Of a stretch of DNA of 64,000 bases, positions 36,317 through 45,889 are shown in pieces. Source of the stretch: a bacterium. GTDB lineage: Bacteria > Patescibacteriota > UBA1384 > CAILIB01. Position 1 is the stretch's first letter, and the number at the start of each line of letters is the position of its first letter. The stretch is from assembly GCA_037131105.1 (NCBI GenBank), contig JBAXRQ010000001.1, positions 258,039-322,038 on the forward strand, read 5' to 3'. The translations under genes and the position numbers were made by a program. The notes beneath the pieces are model-generated. The model was given only the letters and a program-made list of their open reading frames with translations, did not search any database and had not been told where the DNA came from.

Positions 36317-37363
36317 ATGAAACGAGATACCGGACGGCTTATGCTCGATATCAGCTGGGAGGCACTGCTTAAGGTGCTGGCTTTTGTGGTGGGCATCTGG
36401 GCAGTTATCGCTCTGCGCGAGGTTATCATCATGTTGTTTGGCTCCTTTATCCTGGTGGCGGCAGTGAACCCTACTATCACCCGCTGGCAGGGCAAGATGT
36501 CACGTCTGCTGGCGGTAAGCCTATTTTACACACTGGTCGTTACGGTCCTCGTAATATTAGCCTCCTTCTTTGTGCCTACGTTCATATCCCAGATGAACGA
36601 GCTGGTGCACGCTTTGCCAAGTATTCTGGACAAGGCGCAGCCGTGGTTAGGCTCTTACAAAGGCAGTTACTCAGGTATCGTCAATCAAACGGTTGAGACG
36701 GTCAAGAGTAGCCTTAACGGACTTTCACAGAGTTTCCTGGAGACTACTCTCAGCTTCTTCGGCGGTGTAGTGATGGTGGTGACAGGTGCCGTGATCAGCT
36801 TCTACCTGCTCTTGGAGGAGGAAAATGCCCGAGCTTTCTTCCGTCAGGTGCTTCCTCATAACCGATACGAGGCAGTCTATGGGGCAGTGCGTAAGATTGC
36901 GGACCGTATGGGTAGCTGGGTGCGCGGCCAGGTTATCCTCATGGTGATCATTGGCCTCAGTAGTCTGGTAGCCTATTACTTACTCCATTTAAGCTCTCCT
37001 TTGCCTCTAGCTATCTGGGCGGGCTTGTGTGAACTGCTTCCTTATATAGGTCCCACTATCGGCCTGTTCCCGGCTGTTATAGTCGCCCTCACCACCGGCG
37101 GCCCGGTCCAGGCTCTGTTAGTGCTCTTGGTTGGTTACGTAGTCATCCAGCAGATCGAGTCCCATATCGTGGTTCCACGCGTTATGTCCAAGGCAGTCGG
37201 TCTTTCACCAGTACTGGTGATCGTTGCCCTTACCGTTGGGGTGAAGCTGTTCGGCTTGGTGGGCGCCGTTATAGCCGTGCCCATAGCCGCCATTATCTCG
37301 GTTATCGCTGGCGAGTGGCCTGAGCTTCGAAAGATTTGGGAGTCAGCAGATAGCCGGGATTAA
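36317..37363 (+). CDS. AI-2E family transporter (PerM/UPF0118)
   Basis: 348 aa with 8 TM helices, a typical AI-2E topology. Confidence 0.6.
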   Translation: MKRDTGRLMLDISWEALLKVLAFVVGIWAVIALREVIIMLFGSFILVAAVNPTITRWQGKMSRLLAVSLFYTLVVTVLVILASFFVPTFISQMNELVHALPSILDKAQPWLGSYKGSYSGIVNQTVETVKSSLNGLSQSFLETTLSFFGGVVMVVTGAVISFYLLLEEENARAFFRQVLPHNRYEAVYGAVRKIADRMGSWVRGQVILMVIIGLSSLVAYYLLHLSSPLPLAIWAGLCELLPYIGPTIGLFPAVIVALTTGGPVQALLVLLVGYVVIQQIESHIVVPRVMSKAVGLSPVLVIVALTVGVKLFGLVGAVIAVPIAAIISVIAGEWPELRKIWESADSRD

Positions 37364-37364
37364 T

Positions 37365-37832
37365 ATGGCTGACCATTCCCACACCTACGCCAGGAACCGT
37401 AAGGCCGGCTTTGATATCGAAGTCCAGGAGAAGTATGAGGCTGGTATTGTACTTACCGGCGATGAGATAAAGTCTATAAGGTCCGGGCGCATGCAGCTTT
37501 CTGGTAGCTATGTGAAGTTGATGCGGGGTCATTCAAAGCAGGGAGGACTCCCTGAGGTGGTACTTATTGGTATGAACCTCAGCCAGGCTGCCAAGCCTGA
37601 TCGGACCCGCCGGCTCTTGCTACATGCCCGAGAGGTGGAGACGCTGACCCGCGCCCTGGAAGCCAAGGGCAAGGTAGCAGTTCCTCTATCCCTCTACTTC
37701 AAGCGGGGCTGGGCCAAGGTCAGTGTCGGAGTGGGTGTTGGCCGTCGCCAGTATGACAAGCGTGAGCTCTTGCGGAAGCGCGAGGGGGAGCGTAGCCAGG
37801 AGCGAGAATTGAAGGGAATCCGCAGACCGTGA
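37365..37832 (+). CDS. smpB: SsrA-binding protein
   Basis: Signature KAGFDIEVQEKYEAGIVLTGDEIKSIR. Confidence 0.85.
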   Translation: MADHSHTYARNRKAGFDIEVQEKYEAGIVLTGDEIKSIRSGRMQLSGSYVKLMRGHSKQGGLPEVVLIGMNLSQAAKPDRTRRLLLHAREVETLTRALEAKGKVAVPLSLYFKRGWAKVSVGVGVGRRQYDKRELLRKREGERSQERELKGIRRP

Positions 37833-37864
37833 TACCATGGGCCTACAATAACTAAGTCCTGTGT

Positions 37865-38098
37865 ATGGCGTCTCGCAAGTCGTTTCCGTGGGGTGAGGTG
37901 GGGGTAGCTGCTATCGGTGCGGCAGTAGGCGGGGTCCTGGGGGTGTTGCTTTCGCCAAACAGTGGCAAGCGCAATCGCCAGATCATCGCCAACGAGTCCA
38001 AGAAGGCGGTAAAGGCAGTCAGCAAAGCTGCCAAGCCGGTCTTGAAAAAGGCTGCTCCTGCAGCCAAGAAGAAAGTAGCGGCTAAGAAAAAGAAGTAA
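37865..38098 (+). CDS. small membrane protein with Lys-rich tail
   Basis: 77 aa with one TM and a KKAAPAAKKKVAAKKKK tail. Confidence 0.35.
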   Translation: MASRKSFPWGEVGVAAIGAAVGGVLGVLLSPNSGKRNRQIIANESKKAVKAVSKAAKPVLKKAAPAAKKKVAAKKKK

Positions 38099-38110
38099 TC
38101 TTCCCAGCTG

Positions 38111-39136
38111 ATGGCGGTACCCAGGCTTTTTCTGTTCTACGGTACCGACAGCCGAGCCAGCCGAGCGGCCGTTTCCCAGTGGGAGCGGCTCTTTGCTGAG
38201 AAGCACGGGGATCTCACCCGGTATCTTATTGAGGGTGACGAGCTGAATCCGGCCCAGCTTTCTGCGGGCTTGGCGGAATACCTGCAGGGGCAGACGCTGT
38301 TTCCCGTGCCTCGCTTTATTTTAGTAAAGAGGCTGACCCAGGCCGAGAAGGCCCCTGGCTACGCCAACAGTAAGGCGGCGGCGGCTCTGCTTAAGGAGTC
38401 GCTTGCCCAGCTGGACACCAGCGTGACAGTGGTTCTCTGGGAGCCTTCCAATCTTGCGCCTACCCACCCTTTGTTTAAGCAGATGGCTGCCTGGCAGGAG
38501 CAGGGTATCGCCAAGCTGCGACATTTCCCCCTGCCTACCGAGCGCTCAGTCGCCCAGCTCGCCCACACCTATCTTACTGAGCGCGGATCAGGATTGACCC
38601 AGGACGCTGGCGCATGGCTTCGTCAGGAGTATGCAATGCTCGGCAAGAAGGCCCGTCTGGCCAAGCGTCTGCGTGCCGGAGAGGAGCTCCTTCAGGACGA
38701 ACGGGGTTGGTGGCTGTACCAACTTCTGGATAGCGCTCTCCTGCAAGCTGCGGGTGGTGAGGTCACTCCTGAACACCTGGGGGCCGGACAGGCCGATGCG
38801 TCAGCAGTCGGGGTGTTTGAGGTGGCTACTGCCTTGGCCAACCGACGCTTCGGCGAAGCTCGCCGCCTGCTCAGGCTGTTGGAAGAGGAGGGAGATGACG
38901 GTGTGGTCTTCTCGCTTATCGCCGCCGTTCGCTGGCAGCTTTCCCAGTCCGGTCAGGGCAAACAAGGTCAGGCAGCTTCTCGGCGATTGGCCGAGCTCGA
39001 ACTCATACTTAAGAACTTTTCTCCCAGTCCCTGGTGGCTGCTTGACGTGCTGCTGAACCGCCTAGAGGGAATCGGCATAGACGAGGGGCTGGTTCCGGCT
39101 CGACGCATGTGGCTGGCTCACCTTGCCCGAACCTAG
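38111..39136 (+). CDS. possible DNA polymerase III delta subunit (HolA-like)
   Basis: 341 aa. N-terminal LFLFYGTDS resembles the HolA start. Weak overall. Confidence 0.35.
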   Translation: MAVPRLFLFYGTDSRASRAAVSQWERLFAEKHGDLTRYLIEGDELNPAQLSAGLAEYLQGQTLFPVPRFILVKRLTQAEKAPGYANSKAAAALLKESLAQLDTSVTVVLWEPSNLAPTHPLFKQMAAWQEQGIAKLRHFPLPTERSVAQLAHTYLTERGSGLTQDAGAWLRQEYAMLGKKARLAKRLRAGEELLQDERGWWLYQLLDSALLQAAGGEVTPEHLGAGQADASAVGVFEVATALANRRFGEARRLLRLLEEEGDDGVVFSLIAAVRWQLSQSGQGKQGQAASRRLAELELILKNFSPSPWWLLDVLLNRLEGIGIDEGLVPARRMWLAHLART

Positions 39137-39214
39137 AGACGTCCTGGCCTCTCGTTGTCATGAGGATCAAAGTGTGCGACCATAGTAATGAACAATCCCT
39201 GTAATACCCGGTCT

Positions 39215-39679
39215 ATGAAGCGCATCCTTGTGGTTGAAGACGAGCAGACCCTGGCCGACATCATCGGTATTAAGCTTAAGGAAGAGCAGTTCGAGGTTGA
39301 CCATGCCTACGATGGCGAGCAGGCTTATCAGGCTCTTATCAAGTCCAATCTTCCTGACCTGGTACTTCTCGACGTGCTGCTACCCAAGATGAGCGGTTTC
39401 GATGTCCTGCAAAAGCTTAAGGACGAGAAGAAGCCATTGCCAAAGATCATAGTATTCTCAAACTTCGCCCAGCAGTCCGATATCGATAAGGCCCGTTCAT
39501 TGGGTGCCGTCGACTATATCGTCAAGGCAGCCTTCTCGCCTGCTGAGATCCTCAGCAAGATCAAAGCGGTATTTGCCCAGGAAGGTGCCGCCGCACCTGC
39601 CCAGAACTTCGATTCTATGGAAGATGTGAAACCGATGGCCGAAGTACTCCGTCCTGGGGAGCCCAACAACAACGAATAA
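39215..39679 (+). CDS. single-domain response regulator (CheY-like receiver)
   Basis: MKRILVVEDE...DVLLP...K receiver motifs. No output domain. Confidence 0.75.
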   Translation: MKRILVVEDEQTLADIIGIKLKEEQFEVDHAYDGEQAYQALIKSNLPDLVLLDVLLPKMSGFDVLQKLKDEKKPLPKIIVFSNFAQQSDIDKARSLGAVDYIVKAAFSPAEILSKIKAVFAQEGAAAPAQNFDSMEDVKPMAEVLRPGEPNNNE

Positions 39680-39705
39680 CGTCTAGAGCATCTAAGGAGG
39701 GGGAT

Positions 39706-40314
39706 ATGAAGCAGGCCTACGAGGATCTGATTGCTCACATCCAAACCCTGGAAGCAGGGAAGGATGACCTTGAAGGTCAGAATCGGGCCCTTGCGCATCG
39801 TTTGCAGCTAGAGCAAAGGCAGGTCTCACTGTTGGAGCATCAGGCACGCACAGTGCGGCAACTGGTCAAGGATCTGGTCAGCCAACGGGACCCTGGATCA
39901 GTGCTTTCTCATGTTTGTACGATACTGGTGCATGAACTGGGCTGGGACACCTCGTTTGTAGTCGTGGGTGAGGCTGACGTAATAAAGGTCGCGGCCTCAT
40001 ACCAGGCGACTACCTCTCAACTGGGAAATGTACGCAAGCATCTCGGACAAGCCCATCCGTATCTCAATTCACTTTCAGCCGGCCACTCTTTTACGACACT
40101 CGACTCGAGTGAGAAGGACGCGCTATTACTCCGTTCGGTTTTTTGTACCGACGAAGTGGTATTGGTACCACTTGCCTGCTCCGGGAAGACCTACGGTACC
40201 ATCGCTGTCTGTGCTCATACTCACCCCAGACATGAAGGAGTACATCGTGATGTGCGGTTCCTTAGTGAAGTGGCCGATATTATTGCTTGTTCTCTGTTCG
40301 TTTCTGAACGATAA
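39706..40314 (+). CDS. coiled-coil + GAF-like domain protein
   Basis: N-terminal coiled coil followed by a GAF-like fold. Co-directional with the receiver gene. Confidence 0.35.
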   Translation: MKQAYEDLIAHIQTLEAGKDDLEGQNRALAHRLQLEQRQVSLLEHQARTVRQLVKDLVSQRDPGSVLSHVCTILVHELGWDTSFVVVGEADVIKVAASYQATTSQLGNVRKHLGQAHPYLNSLSAGHSFTTLDSSEKDALLLRSVFCTDEVVLVPLACSGKTYGTIAVCAHTHPRHEGVHRDVRFLSEVADIIACSLFVSER

Positions 40315-40580
40315 GGCCGATAAGTAGGGATAGGAGGATCCAGCTTACTGCATACCAGATGAGGCCGGGAAGCCAGGTGAATCCTACTCCGACCTGCCCT
40401 TCTCCGATTGGGGTACGTGTGATACGCATCAATTCTAATGACCCTATAGCCACCAGCCTTTCCGAGGCTGTTTTTGGAAAGGTAAAGGATTGCCACAGTA
40501 GGAGTGTAGTTAGGCTGAGTCCCGCGCCGGTAAGACCCCAGGTTATTGCCCTGGTGAAGAGTTGTTGAAGCGGGCTTCGG

Positions 40581-41927
40581 TTAAATATGTCCATAGGATC
40601 GTATTCTTAGTGATTCGATATAGTGAGAAGCCAAAAGTGTGAGAGGTATAGATGTGGCGAGAATGGCTAGTTGCATGACTGGTATTGAGAAATAAAAGGC
40701 GCCTTTTGCCAGGAGATAGCAGGCAGTCGCAGAAAAACTGACCGACAATAACTGACCTCCCACATCTCGTGGCGGAGGGGCTACCAGAGACCCAACTGCG
40801 ATTCCCAGACTACAAGCTGCCAGTTGCGACATGAGGTAGATGGCTATGACGTGGGCAGGCGTCCAACCTCCAGAGTGTAGAAGTACCAGAATAAAGGGTA
40901 GACAGGTGATGGAAGTAGCTACTAGTGAGCCACGTAGTTGCGAACGAATGAGAAAGAAAGGCCCTGCTAGCGAGAAGACTTCGGCCGCCTTGTGACGCGG
41001 GACCAGGCTTCGTAGTTCTCCGGCTAGGCCGCCAGCGGCCGACATGGAAATGGTTATCCAGATGATCTCGAGGCCTGCTATTGCTGATTGTCTCTCGGCA
41101 GTACTTGCCAGAAAAAGAGCGGCAATTAAAAGAAACGATACATCGGTAAGACTACTGCGGTTACGAAGAATCTTGAGAACGTACCAAAACGCTTGGAGCG
41201 TCGTCTTCGGCAGAGAAATGAGTATGAGAGATGGAGAGGTAGGTAGGTAATTTCCCGGCTTTTCGAGATAGCTGGGTATCAGACCGAGGATGGGAAGAAT
41301 AAGGAGTGAAATTAGCAGGTAGGGCGCTGTCTCCCGTGATATGTGGTGCCAAAAAGTTAGTTCACCGCTAAGCAGTCTCACGCCAATAGCGGTACCACCT
41401 ACCAAGATCAGGGGCTTTGTCATTCGTAGAAGAGTGTGGTGGATAGGCCACAAAACAAAGCACAATCCTGCGAAGCAACCGTACAAACAGAAGCTTGCGC
41501 TTAGCAGGTAGGAAGTTGTGACCGCGTGCGCGAAGGCCAGGCTAAGGGGAAGGCAAAAGATAGCTATGACCATAGTGAGGACAAAGCTGGGAAGCAGTCG
41601 TATCGCCCAGCTGGTAAGAGGCGGTACGGGAAGTATCGCTAGGTGTCGGCCAAGATTGTCTGAGCCTTTGCTGATTCCTGATATACGAACCAGAGAAAGT
41701 ACGGAAGATGATATAAAGAAACTTGTTACCAGTATCACGGCCAGTATCCAGATAAGAGGCGCGGATATTCCCAGGTTTGACTCCCAGATCTGGCGGGAAA
41801 GAAGGCTACTGATCGTCAGTGCTCCCAAAGTGAGGACTACAAGACTGATGGTGAGCTTACGTATGGGCTGAGCACTGCCACTGCCGAGAGAGGTAATCAG
41901 ACTCGTAGAAGTAAGCTGGCTACTCAT
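40581..41927 (-). CDS. polytopic membrane permease (ABC-2-like)
   Basis: ~12 TM helices. Immediately downstream of the ABC ATPase. Confidence 0.45.
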   Translation of the reverse strand: MSSQLTSTSLITSLGSGSAQPIRKLTISLVVLTLGALTISSLLSRQIWESNLGISAPLIWILAVILVTSFFISSSVLSLVRISGISKGSDNLGRHLAILPVPPLTSWAIRLLPSFVLTMVIAIFCLPLSLAFAHAVTTSYLLSASFCLYGCFAGLCFVLWPIHHTLLRMTKPLILVGGTAIGVRLLSGELTFWHHISRETAPYLLISLLILPILGLIPSYLEKPGNYLPTSPSLILISLPKTTLQAFWYVLKILRNRSSLTDVSFLLIAALFLASTAERQSAIAGLEIIWITISMSAAGGLAGELRSLVPRHKAAEVFSLAGPFFLIRSQLRGSLVATSITCLPFILVLLHSGGWTPAHVIAIYLMSQLAACSLGIAVGSLVAPPPRDVGGQLLSVSFSATACYLLAKGAFYFSIPVMQLAILATSIPLTLLASHYIESLRIRSYGHI

Positions 41928-42675
41928 GAATTCCTCCCGCACAAAGTTCGAGGAAGCAGTTCTCGAGGCTGCCCCATTCTTCCTGTATCCTCGCTGTCTT
42001 TTCTCTTAACACGATATCGCCATCTGCTAGTATGGCTACCTGATCAGAAAAGCGCTCAGCCCACCAAAGATCGTGGGTGGCGGCTAATACCGCTGTCCCT
42101 GCTTGTGCCTCTGCCTGGACCAGGCGTTCAGCTACCCTAATGACTATGGGGTCCAGACCGTTTCGTAACTCGTCTACAATGAGAACCTTGGGGCGCCTCA
42201 TGAGGGCGGCAATTATCTGTACTTTTTTTCGGTTGCCGTGGCTCAGTGCCCCGGTTTGCATGTCGATGGCATTGAAATCAAGGAGTGATGAAAGCTCTGT
42301 CGTTCGTTTCTCAAGCGTTTTCTCCTCTTCTTTTGGTGCAAGCGAAATGAGTAGCTTGAAATATTCGGCAGCTGTCAGCTCCGGGATTATCCAACTGTCA
42401 TCGTCAGGTATGTAACCTACGTGCCGTTTAGCTTCGATCTGTCTGCCATCCTGTACGTATCCATTAATCCGGATCTCTCCCCCTTGGGGAGTCACTAGTC
42501 CGGTCAATCCTTCGAGAAAGGTGGTTTTACCGCAGCCATTGGCTCCTACTAATGAGGTTATCTTCCCAGAGAGAAGTTCAAAATGAGGGATGGCAAGGGT
42601 AAAGCTTCGGCTACGGCGAATTACGAGCGAGGAAACCGTTAGAAGGGGGCTTGGATTACGAGACAGATGTGACAT
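41920..42675 (-). CDS. ABC transporter ATP-binding protein
   Basis: Walker A GANGCGKTT, ABC signature LSHGNRKK and Walker B LIVDE. Confidence 0.8.
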   Translation of the reverse strand: MSHLSRNPSPLLTVSSLVIRRSRSFTLAIPHFELLSGKITSLVGANGCGKTTFLEGLTGLVTPQGGEIRINGYVQDGRQIEAKRHVGYIPDDDSWIIPELTAAEYFKLLISLAPKEEEKTLEKRTTELSSLLDFNAIDMQTGALSHGNRKKVQIIAALMRRPKVLIVDELRNGLDPIVIRVAERLVQAEAQAGTAVLAATHDLWWAERFSDQVAILADGDIVLREKTARIQEEWGSLENCFLELCAGGIHE

Positions 42676-43543
42676 GAGCAGTTCGCTTGAATAAGGTAAG
42701 TAGTGACCTGCCGTCGCCATAGAACGGTAGTAGACTGGCAAGATGTAGTAGGGCGATGGCTTGACCTGCGAAAAGCACACCGGGAAGGGCACTAGCGCGA
42801 GAAACTAACATACTTGTAAGTATACTAACGCCGGCACCTGCCAATGGACCAACTAGTCCTGTGACCGCCTCAACCCACATGTCTAGCGGTGGATGTAATA
42901 TAGCCAGTCGCATACCTCTTCGCAGTACACAGATGGCAGGGTGGTAGCGGCGAAGGATGATGACGTGAGCGTATTCATGTGCGACCAAGCCCATAAACAG
43001 TACCGGTAGGCTCGGTAGAAGCCAGGGTATGGCAGCTGTTGGAAGAACCAGGCTGAGTAGTAGGGCCATAGCCGGGGTGACCAGCCATAGAAGCAGCATT
43101 GCCTGGAAGACTGAAGAACTGATTCCTTTAATAGTTGCTGACCGTCGGACAGCAACCTGAAGAGGCGGGGCGCCGAGGTACAGGAGACTGGCCTTTCGCA
43201 TAAACATTTCTCCCTGCTGAGTCAAACTTCTCCGTATGCTTATACCTCCGATTGTTCCCAGAAACAAAAGGATCTGCCGGGATTCCTTTTCGGAAATATT
43301 ATAACTATCCAGATCAGTGAGCCATTCAGAGACAGAGCTAATTCTTTCGAGCGAGACCAAGGCCTTTCCTGCCCGGACATGCAGCTTGTGCCGTGCGAGC
43401 GTGGCATCGTCCACTAGTTCTCCCTTCTCCACCCGGAGGCCGGGGGAGAGGGAGATGCTGTCGCCAGCGGTAAGCAAGCCGCCACTCCAGCGATAGGGGT
43501 CTATCAGCGTCGACATAGGAAGGTAGCCTTGCCATGTACCCAA
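42656..43543 (-). CDS. membrane zinc metalloprotease (HExxH in TM region; M48/M56-like)
   Basis: HEYAH motif within a hydrophobic segment. N-terminal soluble domain. 295 aa. Confidence 0.45.
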   Translation of the reverse strand: MGTWQGYLPMSTLIDPYRWSGGLLTAGDSISLSPGLRVEKGELVDDATLARHKLHVRAGKALVSLERISSVSEWLTDLDSYNISEKESRQILLFLGTIGGISIRRSLTQQGEMFMRKASLLYLGAPPLQVAVRRSATIKGISSSVFQAMLLLWLVTPAMALLLSLVLPTAAIPWLLPSLPVLFMGLVAHEYAHVIILRRYHPAICVLRRGMRLAILHPPLDMWVEAVTGLVGPLAGAGVSILTSMLVSRASALPGVLFAGQAIALLHLASLLPFYGDGRSLLTLFKRTAHVTSVS

Positions 43544-43707
43544 TCAATACTTACTGACTCGGCTCCACGCCACCCACAGATGGCAATCGCAGCTAAGGCA
43601 ACACTTCCCAAGACTAGTACATACGCCAGGGCGGCAACGATTATCACGGCTACTTCTTTTATCTGATACTGCGCCATTTGGTCGGTAGCGATCATCGTCT
43701 CCTGCAT
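43504..43707 (-). CDS. small single-TM peptide upstream of protease/ABC module
   Basis: ~67 aa, sequence MQETMIATDQMAQYQIKEVAVIIVAALAYVLVLGSVALAAIAICGW.... Overlaps the protease start. Confidence 0.25.
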   Translation of the reverse strand: MQETMIATDQMAQYQIKEVAVIIVAALAYVLVLGSVALAAIAICGWRGAESVSIDWVHGKATFLCRR

Positions 43708-43966
43708 GGTGCTCCTTTCAGTTAACGGGCGGGTAAGAGCATGCCAAGCCATGGCTTGGTCCTTCCGATCGGTGGCGAGGCCTAGGCGCCTGGAATCACC
43801 CTACCCTTTGCTGATAGGAGCTGGCTAGCTAGTTCGATTTTGTAGAAATCAAACTAGCTGAACTTTCATATTGGAAAGGGCCCAACCGACCATATTCGCA
43901 TAGTACGTCATCAAGATTAACTTTTTATTAAACGTGAAAACCGCCTCGACACAGTATCATATTCTG

Positions 43967-44773
43967 TTAGGCGTTTAGTGCCTTCAGGCAGGCCTCAATG
44001 CCTTCCCTTTGGTTCTTCCAGTCCGAGCCCCAGCGTACCGCCGCCTCGATTTCTACATAGGCAATGCCCTGCTCGTCACACCATTCCTTGGCGGTGCCGG
44101 TTTGGCCAAGCTGGTTCCATTCCTCTAACGTGCCGAGGGTATACCCGCTGGCCTTGCTAAATATGTCAGCCAGCTTCTGGGCCTTGCTGTTGTCATTCCC
44201 CATGACGTCGCGCCCGGCGCTATGGAAACCGAAGTAATAGTCGATGTGCTGCTGGGTAATAAACAGAGTAAGGGCCTTGATCTCGGGCTCTGACCTGCCC
44301 CGCTCACCGCAGTACACAGCTGTCTTCTCCTGGTAATCCTTACCGTGGGTCCAGGCTGAGGTCTTTTGGAAGCTGCGGGTGGGGAAGTTGCGGTTCAAAT
44401 CGACGCCGTGGGCGTTTAGTCGGCCTCTGCGGCCGAAGTTATGGAAATCAGGGTGTCGAAGTGCCACTGCCTGCCCGTCAGGGTTAAGACAGGGGACTAC
44501 AAAAAACGTACACTTTTTGTACTCGTCGCGGTGATCACCAAGCCAGGTGATAAGATGGCGGGCAAGCTTGGTAGTGCCGACTTCATTGCCATGGATGGCT
44601 GCAACGAGTAGTATCTTTCGGGGACCGTTGCCGATCCGAAAATAGGGGATTTCACGGTTTTCCAGGGACATGCCAAGCAGCCCAGTACTGGCAGGTAAGA
44701 GCGGCACCCGTTCAAAAAGGGTGTCTCGGACTCCTGTGATGCCCCGTCGGATTCTGCCCAGGATCTTTCTCAT
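43967..44773 (-). CDS. M14-family zinc carboxypeptidase (murein-peptide amidase-like)
   Basis: HGNE zinc-binding motif (HxxE) and N-terminal hydrophobic segment. Confidence 0.55.
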   Translation of the reverse strand: MRKILGRIRRGITGVRDTLFERVPLLPASTGLLGMSLENREIPYFRIGNGPRKILLVAAIHGNEVGTTKLARHLITWLGDHRDEYKKCTFFVVPCLNPDGQAVALRHPDFHNFGRRGRLNAHGVDLNRNFPTRSFQKTSAWTHGKDYQEKTAVYCGERGRSEPEIKALTLFITQQHIDYYFGFHSAGRDVMGNDNSKAQKLADIFSKASGYTLGTLEEWNQLGQTGTAKEWCDEQGIAYVEIEAAVRWGSDWKNQREGIEACLKALNA

Positions 44774-45207
44774 GGAAGTGAGCTACGGTATGTCCTTACC
44801 ATACGGGTAGGAGGCAAAAGTTTCAACGAGTGAGCATATAAAACGACATGCCCTCAGCCGGCGTGGCAAAGGGCATTGGTGATGGGGGCTCGTTGCGGCA
44901 TCGTGCGGCGCAGTCGGGCCTGTACTCGAGGATGAGCGCGTATGCTTTCTCAAAGTTACTCGGACTGTTTCGAACCGTTATCCAGAAGAATTGCACGATT
45001 GAGTCGTTGGTAAACGCGGCGATCTTAACGTGCTGATTAAACCTGCTCAAAAACATGGCAACCTCCTTGTTGTCGAGGCGGTCATATATAAAATCTGCCT
45101 ACATGTCAATCGTAGTCCTACCAGCCCCAATGTGGGTGTGATGAAAAATGAAAAACCACAGGTGCATGCTGCTGCCTGTGGCTTCCCAATGGTTCGATAT
45201 TTTGCCG

Positions 45208-45690
45208 TTAGGCTCCGTCTGCATAATTGCCGAACGGCGGGCGACCCAGCAAGCCCTCCGGTGCCGCTACTGGCGCCCTGTCAGTGTAAAGCTGAAGGGG
45301 GCTCCTTTTCAGTGAGGGCTGCTGTTCTGCCGGGGGTTGCGCCCCCTCCGGGTGGAGTTCCTGAAAGCTCGGCTTCCCCATCTTCTCCAGGCGAGCAGCC
45401 AGTTCCGTCGTCGTCACCAGGACGCCGCTCTCGGCCAGTATGGCAGTGGCTGACATTACTTGGTCGCGCATCCCGATGAGCGCGATCTCCTGCTCTCCCA
45501 GGGCTGCGAACTCGGCTAGGCCGAGTCGCTGCTCGAGGTTCACGGGGATCCGGCGGGCCTCGGCTTCAGCCAGCATTGCCAACACGACGTTGGCATACCA
45601 GGTGAGGTCCCGACCCATCTGGGCGATGTACCCAAGGACCTCTTCCGTTGTCATGGGAGCCTGCGCTCCGCGGTTGTTTTCAGTAGTCAT
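45208..45690 (-). CDS. hypothetical protein in GC-rich (~65 %) segment
   Basis: 160-aa ORF. Composition is clearly atypical for this window. Confidence 0.3.
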   Translation of the reverse strand: MTTENNRGAQAPMTTEEVLGYIAQMGRDLTWYANVVLAMLAEAEARRIPVNLEQRLGLAEFAALGEQEIALIGMRDQVMSATAILAESGVLVTTTELAARLEKMGKPSFQELHPEGAQPPAEQQPSLKRSPLQLYTDRAPVAAPEGLLGRPPFGNYADGA

Positions 45691-45889
45691 CTCTCATCTC
45701 CTCAAAGTGGCTATACGCGGCCTGCGCGCCCATCATTGCTGACGGGTAAATGCTGTACTATCTCAGCTCATCCGGTATGGACGGGCTTATCTAGGTACTT
45801 TGGTTAAGTAGCCAGATAAGCGCGGCCAGCTGGTGATGGGAAATAATACCACAAAAATAGTGCTATGTCAATCCTATTATAAGAAACCC

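Noticed and set aside
37300-37900. Expected tmRNA (ssrA) next to smpB
   Set aside because: No tRNA-Ala-like 3' end (…TTCGA.TCC…CCACCA) or tag-reading-frame motif was found around smpB. ssrA is presumably elsewhere in the genome.
40280-40594. 104-aa minus-strand ORF overlapping the 3' end of the GAF-domain gene
   Set aside because: It overlaps a better-supported plus-strand gene and the start region of the permease. Cannot be supported independently.
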